A stretch of 63,442 nucleotides of DNA, counting the filler, from Saprolegnia diclina VS20 (Eukaryota): assembly GCF_000281045.1 (NCBI RefSeq). It is 11 parts of 3 records of this genome, joined end to end, with 100 filler letters (N's around TTAATTAATTAA, not from the genome) between each part and the next. Parts side by side here need not be neighbours in the genome. Positions count along the whole stretch, not along the records: positions 1 to 23,851 come from NW_008246125.1; 10 more parts are not named here. One strand, given 5' to 3'. The notes below the pieces were generated by a model, which saw only the letters and a list, made by a program, of their open reading frames with translations, did no database searches and was not told the origin of the DNA. Shown here in pieces: positions 1 to 12,279 of this stretch (positions are counted from its first letter, which is position 1; each line of letters begins with the position of its first letter). The position numbers were made by a program, and so were the translations under genes.

Positions 1-303
1 GTAGCAAGGGTTTAAAGCCGCTGGAGGTTGTTTTCGGAGACAAGGAGCATTTCTTGGATGTTCCATGTGCCGCTGGCCGCTGAAGTTGAGAGCCACCTCC
101 GATGCGTGCAACTCGGTCGCATTTAACGACGCTCCAATTAGGCCCTCACCGGACGTAATTGGAGCCATAGAATATACAGCACCTCTACAGAATTACCGGT
201 GGGGCCGTGGGAATACTTGTGGCTTTCAAGGTCAGAAGCCTAGTCTCTTGGTCGATGGGTGTGCCATCGTTTCGTAAAAACCGTTTTGTACCTCACCCGC
301 ACC

Positions 304-2365
304 ATGACTGACGCCTGCGCCACCTCCGCACCCCACATGGCTCCAACTACCAATATCTGCAATCTAATCCCAGTACACTCCTCCGCATGATGTTGAAGTC
401 CTAAACTTAGCGTAGCACAAGAGAGGTCCCCCGTCGCGACTGTACTTGCTGCATGAGAAGGCCGAATATCTATTCCTCCAGCTCCAAGCTCGGGATCAAG
501 ACCTTGCGCTGTACGAAGCCAAGATGGGGACGTACACCAAGCTCGAAGGCAAAATGTCAGCCAAGATCCACGAGCTTCAAGGCCAAGTTGCCTACTACGA
601 AGGCAAGTTCAAGGAGGTGCGGAGTGTTGGGTGTCGAGAAAGTTGCGACTGTTCTTGACCAGGTGGATCAGCTTCGCCGGCTCGACATGAACGAGCACGA
701 GCACTTGCGACATCGTATCCAGGGACTCGAAGACTCCCGTGACGACAGTCGGGCGACACAGCTACGTCTTCAGCAAGAGATTGCGACGACACGGTCCGCG
801 CTCATCGAGCAAGAAGCTACTGTAGTCCAACGAGACAAGACAATCGCATACCTCGAGTCCGAGAACCGCCACATCATGGATAACTACCACAAAGTAGGTC
901 ACGTCGACTACTTTACTGGCCCATCGCGCTTTTAGAGAGCGGAGGAATACCAAGCCACATCGGAGGCACAGCGCCAGCAAAAAGAAGAGCTCGAATCCAC
1001 GATTGCGCTGCTGGAGGAAGCATCGCGGCACCATATGCAGCACGTAGAATTACCATAATGGACCGATGCGGACAGAGCCCTGCGAATAGGATGCTGAGAG
1101 GGACCGCGTCGTCGAGCAGCTTCGAATTGAACTTTGCGCCGTGCAAGCCGCACGCGATGATTGCGAGGCGCAGCTTGCAGCCCTGGTACAGCGCAGCAGC
1201 CTAGCTCTGGCAGAACATGCCCTGCTTTAGGGCTTGGATGCACAAGACTCGGCTCAAACAGTGGCGCGACTCACGCGAGAGGTCGCCGACGCTAAAGCTG
1301 CAACGACGCTTCTCGTACTTTCTAACGCCTCCACGCTTTGTAAACCGCCGCCTTATACGCATAGCGCGAGTCCGCAGACGAAGAACGTCGTGCCTGGGCA
1401 CAGTACGAAGACGAAAAAGAGGTACCATCTCGTCATCCAAACGCGCTTATGAAAAGGCTTCTGCGATAGAGACTCGTAGTGGGGACCCAAAATCTTCTCA
1501 CTCGCCACGACAAGCTCCTCGACTGGAGCTGCCGTCGCCTCGATCGCGCACGAGACCTGCAGCTGCAACAAATTGTCTTTTTGACGTGGAACGGGACCAC
1601 ACAACGTGCCAAGAACGCGCACATGGCTCTCCAGCTTCAGCGCTGCGAAGCCGCGTTGTCACGCTTCACCCACGAGCTCACTGCTACCCGGGAGTCGTTG
1701 GGTCAACTTCGGAAATCTGTTGCCGAGCTCAGTCCATCATCGACATTATCGACCGCGATCGTCCAAGCGTGCCACCAGGTACACTTTCGATTCCGTAGTA
1801 ACAACTTGATAGAATACATGCGCAGGCCGTGCTGGAGCGCGACGTAGCCTACCGCTACATCGACTCGCTGACGTTGTCCAATCAGGAGAAGAGCGCTCAG
1901 TTGCATCAGCTGCACACCGACCTCACTCTGCTTCGTACAAAGAACGAGCTAGACCAATGCAGTGGCAGCGACAAGCGCGCCTTGCTGCAGCGCGATATTG
2001 AGCACCTGCACAATGTCGTGGATGGCTCCAAGGCGGCTGTGCGTCGACAGCAGATGCTTGTTTACCGCCTTTGCGGAGCTCGCGCACAAGCGAAAGCAAC
2101 GCTGTTGGCGACAGTCTTCTTTTACGTAGATGACCATTTATTTCGGCGGGCAAGGTCTAACGCGGGCCCATGGCATTTAGACGTGGCGAGATGTGCATCA
2201 GCGGCGGACCCTTGGTGGATGGTGCAACGAGCTCCTTGCGGTATGGCTTCTTCGCTCTGTTCATCGTTAAACTATTGTGCTAGAATACTGGCAGTCCAGG
2301 GACCCAGCGCGTGCCCGAGTGGCATCTCATGGATTATACACCTCGAGCGACACTGCGACGCTTGA
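304..2365 (+). CDS. Multi-exon coiled-coil protein of unknown function (ends approximate)
   Basis: E/Q/L/R-rich helical ORF segments (e.g. LHEKAEYLFLQLQARDQDLALYEAK, LQQEIATTRSALIEQE) separated by ~45 nt GT..AG introns (e.g. ~617-662, ~894-934, ~1186-1230). Confidence 0.55.
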
Positions 2366-2549
2366 CACTGCGCTTTGCAGGTCCCTTTGCCACGTCAACC
2401 GACGAGTAGATGTGTTTAATGTTGTAGCTACCAGCAATTCCCTACTTGGTATAATGTCTTAGTGTCTAGCGCACCTTAGTACAATTGGTCGATTTCGAGC
2501 GAAAGCGGCGCTCTTCCCAGCACACAAAATGCAACAGCAGAATACTCTA

Positions 2550-3470
2550 TTACGACACGGCCTTTTGCGGCAGCAACGGCGCCTTCTCATCGCCTTTCGT
2601 GGGCGGCGAGAGACTTGTATACGTAAACACGATCAGCGCCAAGACGACGCACGTGAACCCAATGACAAGGCTCTGCGATGGCACCTCGCCAAAGGCAAAG
2701 AGGCCGAGGAGCGTATTGAGCGTCGGTCCGATGAACTGCAACACGCCGAGGATCACGAGCGGAATGCGGTCGATTGAGAGGCTCAGCAGCAAAAGCGGCA
2801 CGACAGACCACGCGCCGCAGCCGACGATGAGTAGCTCCGAGCCAAAGCTCACGTGGCCAAAAACACCCGTGCCCTGGACCTCGCACCAAACCAGGTACAT
2901 GGCCGCAGGCACCGTCATCATTGAGATCTCCATGGCGGTGGCAAGAAGGCCGTTGAGGGGCGCGAGTTTTCGAAGGAGCACGAAGACACCATTGACAAAC
3001 GCAATCGAGAGGGCGACGGACGGGAACTCGCCTTCGCCGACCGTGACGACGACGACGCCGATGGCTGCGAGCCCGATGGCGCACCACTGCACTTGTGCCA
3101 AGCTCTCGTGGAGAAAGACGACGCCGAGGAGCACGGTCACGAGAGGGTTGATGAAGAAGCCGAGACTCATTTGAAGAACGTAGCCCACGTTCACAGCCCA
3201 TAGCGAGAGGAAAAAATTGGCGCTGAGCAAGAGCGCCGTCACGGCATACGTCTGGTACATGGCTTTCTGGCGCAGCACGGCAGCAAACGCGGGCAAGTCC
3301 CGACGGACCGCGAGCACGAGCAGCACGATGGGCCCGGACCAGACGACGCGGTGCATGGCCAGCTGGTACGAGTCCATGTCTTCCAGCAGCTTCCAGTACG
3401 CGGGTTGGAAGCCCCAGAGCATGTACGCGAGGAAGCCAAAGGCGACGCCACTCGCCGCCGACGATGACAT
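2550..3470 (-). CDS. rarD: RarD-like EamA/DMT-superfamily transporter, intronless, 306 aa
   Basis: GVAFGFLAYMLWGFQPAYWKLL, HRVVWS, WAVNVGYVLQMSLGFFINPLVTVLLGVVFLHESL and GVLQFIGPTL match the bacterial RarD pattern; about 10 hydrophobic segments. Confidence 0.85.
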   Translation of the reverse strand: MSSSAASGVAFGFLAYMLWGFQPAYWKLLEDMDSYQLAMHRVVWSGPIVLLVLAVRRDLPAFAAVLRQKAMYQTYAVTALLLSANFFLSLWAVNVGYVLQMSLGFFINPLVTVLLGVVFLHESLAQVQWCAIGLAAIGVVVVTVGEGEFPSVALSIAFVNGVFVLLRKLAPLNGLLATAMEISMMTVPAAMYLVWCEVQGTGVFGHVSFGSELLIVGCGAWSVVPLLLLSLSIDRIPLVILGVLQFIGPTLNTLLGLFAFGEVPSQSLVIGFTCVVLALIVFTYTSLSPPTKGDEKAPLLPQKAVS

Positions 3471-3896
3471 GGTGACGACGGGGATCGGGAAGTGGGCTTG
3501 CTCGGTTTCGATGCTTTGGGACCTGAATTCATTGGTCAAAATGTTTTGTCACCAAAGCCGATTGGCGCAATGTAGCCAATGAGCAATAAGCAAGGCGATA
3601 TCTCGACGTGATCTTCGTGGCCGTTCATGGTGGCCGCTCGTGCTTGCTGCTTGATGATCGTCAAGATGCTGCGGCCCGCAGCGCCATCGCGACTGCTTGC
3701 GCGGGTGAGTCGGCTAGTCAGCGGTAGCAGCGCTAGCAAGCGCCAAGTTTCCGGCTCCAGTGACATTCGATTCGTTTTAAGCAATTGATGCAATATAGAG
3801 GAAAATTTATTAAAGTTTGGCGTTTAAATCAAAATGTAGTAAACACTTTGCAATCTTGTGTTCAAAACACACACAAAGTCGCCAACAGCGCTGCAA

Positions 3897-4364
3897 ATGA
3901 CGACCGTGGACGTTCGCCGGGCGACTCTGGTCGACGTCGTCGAGCTGGCGCCGATATTCGATGCCTACCGCGTCTTCTATGACCAGCCGAGTGACGTGGC
4001 ACGTGCAGAGGCTTTTCTCATCGAGCGATTGACGGCCAACGACACTGTGCTCTTTGTGGCCTCGCTCGGTGGGCGTCTAGTGGGCTTTGTGCACCTCTTC
4101 CCGAGCTTCTCGTCCGTCACGACCCAGCGGCTTTGGATCCTCAACGATCTCTTCGTCGACGTGAGCGCGCGTCGAGCAGGCGTCGGCCGGCGATTGATGA
4201 CGACTGCGACTGCGCACGCCCACGCCACTGGCGCGAAAGGTCTCGTGCTCGAGACCGGTCACGACAATCTAGCCGGGCAAGCGCTCTACGAGTCCTTGGG
4301 CTACAAGCGATCCTCCGAGTTCTACTACTTTTTAGCGACTTCCAGTACCATTGATAAACTATAG
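3897..4364 (+). CDS. GNAT-family N-acetyltransferase, bacterial-like, intronless, 155 aa
   Basis: FDAYRVFY, PSFSSV..RLWILNDLFV, acetyl-CoA motif RRAGVGRRL and N..GQALYESLGY. Confidence 0.9.
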   Translation: MTTVDVRRATLVDVVELAPIFDAYRVFYDQPSDVARAEAFLIERLTANDTVLFVASLGGRLVGFVHLFPSFSSVTTQRLWILNDLFVDVSARRAGVGRRLMTTATAHAHATGAKGLVLETGHDNLAGQALYESLGYKRSSEFYYFLATSSTIDKL

Positions 4365-4620
4365 AGAAAGTCTGTGACTCCCCGAGCAGCTACGGGCTTA
4401 AAGCAGCAGCCAATTTCGGATCATAGTTTGATTGCTGGAAAGTGTAAGCCCAATTACCCAATATCTGAAAGAATATATTGAAGCATTCATTACCACTTTC
4501 TTGGTGCATCCTCGGTTCTCCGCGGTGTCCAGAGCTTGGCCCCGAGAAGGTTAATGTGCCTAATCGAGTTCTTGCATCCGTGCGTCGGTGAAGAATCAAA
4601 CACGCAGTTCGTAAACGAGG

Positions 4621-5436
4621 TTAATGCTTTAGCTGGACGAGCATGCCTTGGCGAATGAGTCCTTCGACGTCCATGCGCCTGAGGAAGTGCGTGCTGTTGG
4701 CGCGGAGGTGCACAGCGCCGTTCTCGGTGTAGATTTCGCCGCAGTCCTTCAAGACGCGCACCTCAATGAACAAGTCTTTTGGTGGCTGCATGTCCTAATG
4801 CCATCAAGTTAGCATGTCAAGTCGGGCCGAGAGAATCAAACCGCAGCCAAGTCGATGCCAAAGCTCGACATATAGTCGGTTAGGAGCTGGTCGTAGCCGT
4901 GGAAGAACTGCACCTCGCGCGCGTGCAACCTACAAGCGTTTGTTTTTCGAGGGCTATTCACGCTGGACTCATACGCAGGCGCCAAATGGTCTGGCACAAC
5001 ACTGCCCGTTTGCCAGCGCAGCTCCTTGATCTTGTTGACGCGGTGGTTCCTACGGCAGTCGTGATATGGATGCATGATACTCGGAAGGGTTTACACGTAG
5101 GCCAGCGTGCATCGCTTGTTGCGCGTCAGGCACTGGTGGTTGATCACGACGCCGCATTGCTCGGCCGGGTACTCGGACAGCTCGTTATCAAAGGTTCTAG
5201 TCACACCCGCTGAGCATGCAGGTACAGTCACCGAAAGTTGCAGCACTGGATTGTCTTGACGATTTGCTTGTTGAGTGCATGCACTTCTTCGCTGATTTGG
5301 CGAATGCTGTCCTCCTATCGCGACCGCGCATAAGACTCGATCAAGCATGCTCGTAGCCGCAGACGTTGTAGGGCGGGAGCCACTCGCTGCGTCCGAGCTC
5401 CTGGAGCAGTTCCTTCGCCTTGCCGCACACCGCCAT
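4621..5436 (-). CDS. GINS1: GINS complex subunit 1 (Psf1), multi-exon
   Basis: Spliced translation MAVCGKAKELLQELGRSEWLPPYN/EDSIRQI...LTRNKRCTLAY...PPKDLFIEVRVLKDCGEIYTENGAVHLRANSTHFLRRMDVEGLIRQG; stop at 4621-4623. Confidence 0.92.
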
Positions 5437-5463
5437 CGCTTCCAAGCTGCTCGTGGATTTGGG

Positions 5464-5522
5464 CCAATCGAAACGGCCTCCCAATCGTCCAGCCAATGGC
5501 CTTGCAGAGAGAGCTGGCCAAT
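5464..5522. promoter_or_regulatory. Cluster of four CCAAT boxes in the bidirectional GINS1/MFS promoter
   Basis: CCAAT at 5464, 5481, 5493 and 5518, inside a 136 bp head-to-head intergenic region. Confidence 0.55.
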
Positions 5523-5572
5523 CCTGTCGCCGCGTGTATCATGCCCATCTTCGTTTCAACCGCAGGACGACG

Positions 5573-7237
5573 ATGAAGGTGGATCCGCTGCAGACGCTGT
5601 ACCTCATCTCGTTCCTGGACCTCTTCGCCGTCTCGCTCATCGTGCCATCGCTACCCGCCTTTATCAAGTCCCTCGGTGGTGGTACGATCGCCTCTCGCCA
5701 ATGTACCCGACGTATCGCTCGTAGATGCGCTCACAGTGGGCTACGTCACGTCCATGTATGGTGCCATTCAAATGGTGACCTCACCGCTTGCTGGCGTCCT
5801 CAGCGATATCTACGATCGGTCTGTGCTGGAAACTGCTCTCGACCATTGCGCATCGCATTCTGCTGTAGCCGTCTCGTGCTCCTCGTTGGCATCGCCGGCG
5901 CCGCCGTCGGCTACGTCCTCCTTGGGCTCTCGCTAACACTCTCGATGGCGCTTGTCTCGCGCGTACCGTGTGGCATCTTTAAGCATTCGCTCAGCACGGT
6001 GCGGCTAATCGTCGCGGACCAAACGTTGCCAGCCCATCGGTATCTAATCCACGCCTTGCTACATCTCACCTCACGGATGCGACTAGCGCCGACGCCATGG
6101 GCAAGATCAACGCATACTCGAGCTTTGGCTTTATCTTTGGGCCGCTTGTCGGCGGGTACCTCAGTAGCCGTCCTCATGGCTTCAACGTCACAGCGCTCCT
6201 CACGGCCATCGTCTTTGTCCTCAACTACGGGCTTGTGTACATGATGCTGCCGTCGTACCTTCCGACGCCACCCGCGCACCGACCAATCTTGCTCGACGAA
6301 GACGATGCAGCCGAAGACCTTGAGCTCCACGACGTTGCGTCGCTGCTTGCGTCACCAGCGTCGCCGTCGCCACCGTCCTTGGTCGCATCCGTGCTTGCCA
6401 AGCTCCGCGACTACATGTCGATTCTGAAGGCGTCGCCCCTCGCCCGCAACATCCTCCTCGTTCGTCTCCTCATGGCGGCCGCGGCCATCTTGTTTCGGTA
6501 AGACGCGGTGGTGCTTGATGATGCGTGACGCATGCGTAGGAGTCACTTTATGCTGCTTCTTGAGGAAAAGTACGCGTCGTCGTCCGTCGAGCGCGGCTAC
6601 ATTTTGAGTTATATGGGCGTCGTCTCGGCCGGCAGCAGCTACTTCGTCGGCCCCATCGTGGCTCTGTACGAACATATTTGTGAAGCTTCCTAGAAAGACT
6701 AAACGGATCACCTAGGGCGTCCTCGGAGGCGGTGCTCATTCTCGCTGCGAGTCTTGTGTACGTCGCGTCCTTCCTTGGCACGGCGATGGCGACATCACTT
6801 TGGATGGTACTTGTGCTCCAGGCGCCTCAAGTGATTGCCATAAGGTTGTCTCTATCATCACTTTGATGACTGACGCGATGGAGGTGTGCAGCATCCTGCG
6901 TGCGTGCTCCGTGTCGCTGCAGACCGCGGCCGTTCAACCGCAACATCTCGGGGGTATTCTTGGCCTCTCGACCTCCTTGACGGTAGCCCATGTGCATGTG
7001 GTTCGTGCAATATTGATTCGCGTCGTGTGTAGGCGTTGGCACGAACGGTCGCTCCCAGTACGTTCGTTTCTGTCGTATCTGCGGCCTCACAGTCTTGTCC
7101 TCGTAGTGCTCTCGGGGTACTTGTACGTCGTCTCGGTCGACGGCCCTGCGTATGGCGCGACGGTGCTTGCGGCCATGAGCTGTGGGCTTTTCTGGGTCTC
7201 GCTTTTCCGGTCGACGCCAGCAAAGCAAAAGCAATAG
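5573..7237 (+). CDS. MFS transporter (MFSD9/SLC22A18/TetA-like), copy 1, multi-exon
   Basis: LYLISFLDLFAVSLIVP, SPLAGVLSDIYD.R (motif A-like), GIFKHSLS, GFIFGPLVGG (motif C), HLGGILGLSTSL. Confidence 0.85.
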
Positions 7238-7996
7238 ATTGTCGTAGAAACTGCTGTCGAAATTAAAGTCGAGCAATTCGAGCCGACGACGCTGTTGCTA
7301 TTACCAGCTGTACCAATTGCTGCTTCCAGTTGGGTGCAGTAATTCATTGTGGTACAATGTACATTGTCAACAATCCACGAGATTACAGCGGTCCGCAGAG
7401 CCAGCGCAACGTACCACGTGGTCGGCCAGGACGTCGAAGATGCCGGAACCTCAGGTGATCGCGCGAAGGGCCTGGGCAGGCAATCCATCACCAGATCCAT
7501 CACGTCCAAAGGGAGCTCTCTGCCTTTACGCGTGTGTCGCAGCATATCACCAATGGGGGTAGATCCACTTGTCATGGCAGTTCGAGCGAGTGCAGCGACG
7601 CGCGCATCGTCATACGTCTCGCCAGATCGAGGCAGCGAGGAGACTTCTCGCGAAGCATCCTCGCTCTGCACTGTATAATCCTCTCGGGCTGTCTCTCCCC
7701 GCGTCTGTTGCCAAGAGACATCAAGCGCCGAGCGACTCTACTCAACAGCGCACGCCGACAAGCTCAAGGTACTTTCACGATAATAGAAACCACCGTTCAA
7801 GTGTGTACACATCGTCTGTTAGTCGGGCGCGTAGTCGAAACGCACTGGAACACGACGCATGAGCGACGAGGGCCGACAGGTGGGTGCGGCCGGGTGCGGA
7901 GGCTCTGTAACCCGCACCCGATCTTCCGGATAATCCCACCAAGATGACGCTACAAGCGATTTGGCACGTGGCGATCATTCTGCCAACGTCGACGCC

Positions 7997-9667
7997 ATGA
8001 CCATGACGAAGCTGCCCGTGGGCTTGGACCCGGTCCGCGCGCTCTACGTCATCTCGTTCGTGGACCTCTTTGCCGTCTCGCTCATCATGCCATCCCTGCC
8101 AACCTTTATCAAGTCGCTCGGCGGCGGTGCGTCAGCTCGCACTCGGCTTAAGCTCATGAGAAGACGCTGTAGATGCACTCACGGTCGGCTTCATCACTTC
8201 CATGTACGGCGCGATCCAAACGGTCACATCGCCAATGGCGGGCGTCCTCAGCGACATTTTCGACCGGTATAAAGGGCCTTGTGCAGACGAGACGTTTGAC
8301 GCATGGGTGTGTAGTCGGACGGTGCTTCTCGTGGGTATTGCGGGCGCCACGGTCGGCTATGTCGTTCTCGGCATGTCTCTGACGCTGTCCATGGCGCTCT
8401 TCTCGCGCATCCCGATTGGCATCTTCAAGCACACGATGAGCACGGTCAAGCTCCTCGTGGCCGACCAAACAACTCCGGCACTTCGGTACACTTCCACGCA
8501 TCGAGATACGCCTCTTGAACATGCAATTAGCGCCGATGCACTTGGCAAGATCAATGCGTACTCCAACTTCGGCTTCATATTTGGCCCGATCGTCGGCGGG
8601 TACCTCAGCAATCAACCGCATGGCTTCAACATCACGGCCTTCCTCACGGCGATCATGTTTGTCTTCAACTACGCCGTCGTCTACACGATGCTACCGCCGT
8701 GTCCTCCGACACCGCCCACGTCATCACTCTCCAAGGCACCAGATGCTACGGTCGAGGACCTCGAAGCGCAAGCGCCGTCGACGTCGCGGGACCCCGAGCC
8801 GTCGCTCCCCATCGCCTTCTTCCACAAGATCGTCGAGTACAAGGACATTCTCAAAGCATCTCCAAAGGCCCGCAACATCCTCGCCGTGCGTCTCCTCATG
8901 TCGGGCGCGTCCATCCTCTTCCGGTACGCTCCAGTTACATGGTCATAACCCACGACTCTTGTATCTATAGGAGTCACTTTATGCTGCTGCTCGAAGAAAA
9001 GTACGCGTCGTCGTCCATTCAACGCGGGTACATTCTGAGCTACACGGGCGTCCTGGCGGCGTGCAGCAGCTGGTTTGTCGGTCCCATTGTCGCCATGTAA
9101 ACCCATCGACACCGGCATTGCGAGAACCGACGCGACGTTTTGACTAGGGCGCCGTCCGAGTCGACGCTCATCCAGGCCACGAGCCTCGTCTGCGTCGTGT
9201 CCTTCTTGGCGACGGCCGTCTCCAACTCGCTCTGGATGGTGCTCTTCCTCCAAATCCCGCGCGAAATCGGCATTAGGTACAGTGTAGAAGTCGATCATTC
9301 GCTGCACGTTGTCACGCTCGCGTAGCATCTTCCGCGCGTGCTCCCTGTCGATGCAAACAGCGGCCGTACAGCCGCAGCACCTCGGCGGTATCCTCGGTCT
9401 CTCGACCTCCTTGACGGTATACTTCTTCCTCATCACGATTCCTCACATCACAAATGTTCTTGCAGGCACTCGCCCGTACCATTGCACCCGGTATACATGT
9501 CGTCGCATTGCTGTTGGGTATTGACTATGAGTTGCGTAGTGCTCTCTGGGTATCTCTACATCGCTTCGGTCGACGGTCCTGCGTACGGCGCGACTGTCCT
9601 CACGCTCATGAGCAGCAGCCTCTTTTACGTTTCTACTGTCCGACCCAGTCACAAGCACAAACAGTAG
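7997..9667 (+). CDS. MFS transporter (MFSD9-like), copy 2, tandem paralog
   Basis: Same motifs and matching intron positions as copy 1 (LYVISFVDLFAVSL, GIFKHTMS, GFIFGPIVGG); ends SHKHKQ*. Confidence 0.85.
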
Positions 9668-9713
9668 TCAGCTCGATGTTACTCTCAACCTCATCACCGT
9701 CAAGGATTTTGGT

Positions 9714-10561
9714 TCACGCTGTACCGGCTTGCGAGCCCATTGCGATACTTGGAAAGAAGTAGGCGGGCGCTCCCGGGTTCTATATCCACTGAGCGACGCT
9801 AGGATGGACAAAGGTGGTTGTACCTGGTCGTCGACCCACACCATGCTTTCGCGAAGGAGGACGTTGAGGGCAATCGTGCTGCGGTTGACGTCCCAGAGAA
9901 GCTTCTCCGCGAGAAGAGCCGTCGTGACCATGCCCTGCGCTTCCTGCGCGAGAAGCAAGATGGCCGAGTGGTCTTGGCTCAACTCGACGGGAACCGTGAC
10001 GATCTGTATCCAAAAGCTTGTTCAGCAAAAAACATGGATGATTATCATGCAGCGTACCATCGTTTTGGCGCCGAGTTCAATCACTTGGAAGCCTTCGCCG
10101 AGCACCTTGAGCTTCTTCACGGAGCGCTTGATGTCGTCCTCAGAAATGCGCTGCATGCGCGGACCCCGCTTCTTGTCGAGGAGACGAAGGAGCTCGTGGA
10201 TTGGGATGAGGCCGCCGTTCTTAGGCCGCGTGAGGATGCACACCTCGATGATCTGGACGCCCAGCTCGTAGTAAAAGTCGCCCATGTCGAGGAGTTCGGA
10301 CCAGAAACCTTTCTGCGACGCTAGCGGGTCGACGCCGATCTTGGAGCACATGACCTGGAAGCGCATGCGGAATGCCGGGTCTTTCTTGATCTGCGTCTTG
10401 TACTTGACAGCGAAGGCCTCGAGGTTCGCCTTGAAGACGTCGAGCTGCGCCTGGACGTGCACGAGGTGGCTCTGCGTGAGCTGCGTCCCGACCTCCTCAT
10501 ATGCCTTCTTCTGATCCTGCTTCCACTTGACGGCGCCGATGCCCATCTTGCCGCGACGCAT
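9714..10561 (-). CDS. SNF8: ESCRT-II subunit SNF8/VPS22, 3 exons
   Basis: MRRGKMGIGAV, FQVMCSKIGVDPLASQKGFWSELLDMGDFYYELGVQIIEVC, WVDDQ, last exon PAYFFPS. Confidence 0.95.
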
Positions 10562-11085
10562 CTTCTGCTTGTCTCGGACGCCGGATTTCAGTTAGTCGAG
10601 GTGCAGCAACTAAAACCGCATGCCTCGCAGTATCCGGCGCGTCGGATACTTCAATGGCACTAGATTCATTACGCTGTAAGTTGAGCATTCATAGTATATT
10701 TCAACCTTTATATACAAAAATGGAGATTCGGTTTGAAATTATTAAACTATTTTGCTATTAATTCTCGATTTGGTCGAAGGCAACATAGCACGTAAATTGT
10801 GTGGAATAAGACTTTCGAGTATCAAAACGATGAGCTGCACCCAATTTTCTGTACAAAGCACTGCAATCTTATTGACCCTTGGCGCTGCTCCGTTGCTATA
10901 TGGAGTGGAAACAGAGCACTCCTGTAGCGCTATAAGAATTAATATTGATTCGGATGCATTGAATAACAAGATCGAAGCGGCTTTTCTTATGTCTGCTCTC
11001 TCTCAGATGACGACGAAGTGCAGTTTGAAGTTGGCGTTGGATTGGCAGAAATGGGGCCAATCAGCACATTGCTTTCCTGAACACG

Positions 11086-11660
11086 ATGTCCGTGCCTGCA
11101 CGAGGCGCTGCGGCAGTGACGCTGCGACCAGCGCTCCAAGCTCTGAAGCAGCGCGCTGAGATTGCGCTAGAGAAGCGGTCGGGTGACGTCGTCGTCTTTA
11201 GCAAGAACCTCGACGACAGTAACGTCGGCGTCACCGACGTCAGCTTCGAGCACCGCAAGGACGAAAAACAAGTGAGCTTATATTTTACGTCCAAGCCCGA
11301 GGGACTTTTGGCCTACCGCCACGCTGCGGCCAAGCTGTCGCACATCGAAGGCGTCGACCTGCAGTACACGCCCCAGTTTGGGCAGTCGCGCATCTCATTT
11401 CCGTGGCACACGTTTTGGGCGCTCGCCGAGACAGAGCAGCTTGGACAGCTCTCGCCACGCGGGGAGCCACTGTTGCAACTCACACCCCGGGACCTTCACG
11501 ATGCCATGGATCCGTAAGTGATATGTATGTCCTTCAACCATTGAGGCTAATTCTATGCATGACACATGCGAGTAGGAGCCAAGACGCAACGGGGACGGGC
11601 GAAACCTGGACACAACACTTTGTCGACATTGAAGGCGTCCACAATCCCACGGATGCATAG
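11086..11660 (+). CDS. Hypothetical protein, 2 exons
   Basis: 143-codon ORF with host-like codon usage, a GTAAGT..AG intron at ~11515-11576, then an in-frame exon to TAG 11660. No family recognised. Confidence 0.55.
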
Positions 11661-12248
11661 TAGCAGAGCAGCCGTGCCACGAGAGACCAAGGAGTAGATT
11701 ATGCAATGTCATCGCCCAAACTCGGCTGCTTCAACGACTTGGCTCTGCGTCGCGGCTATAAACATGGCGCGTCTCGTACCCGTCGACTCGACACATCGAG
11801 GCGAAGCTGTAGAAGCAATAGCAGCTGCCACAAGCGTACATTGTGTTCGCGAAAGCGTTGAGCGCTGTCACCGTAGTCGTCTCGGCCGCTGGCGTTGCGC
11901 TGAGTAGCTTGCTGCGCTTGAAAATGGCGCGACCTTCCCCGTCCCCCATTACATCGATTACGCCAACACGCGAAATATCCTTGTCGCCTTGTGATTGGTC
12001 TAAATCCGATTCATCACGCTACGTGGACCTCTGACCCAACACCCTGTATTATTTTATATCCTGTGGCTATGAAATTCAAATCTTTAGAAGTACGCTTGTT
12101 TAAACCTACCAATACCTTTATTAAATCATATTACCGTATATTCGATACCCATGGCATGACGTGGCCCGTGCGAAAGAACGTTTTGGGCGGTGGTTTTATT
12201 GCCACCTGGAAGACTTGGACTTTGTATGGGGCCGAGGGGCCTTGGACT

Positions 12249-12263
12249 TCATTTTCGCTTTTC
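12249..12263 (+). promoter_or_regulatory. Oomycete INR-FPR core promoter of SAR1
   Basis: TCATTTTCGCTTTTC ~30 bp upstream of the ATG; resembles the oomycete GCTCATTYYNCAWTTT consensus. Confidence 0.6.
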
Positions 12264-12279
12264 GTTTCCGACGCAGAAG

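Noticed and set aside
2550..4364. Bacterial contamination or an operon
   Set aside because: Contiguous, with no gap, with intron-containing eukaryotic genes on both sides, and codon usage matches the host.
7087..7671. 194-aa minus-strand ORF between the MFS genes
   Set aside because: Starts at GTG rather than ATG, overlaps the MFS1 3' end, weak codon bias, no recognisable motif.
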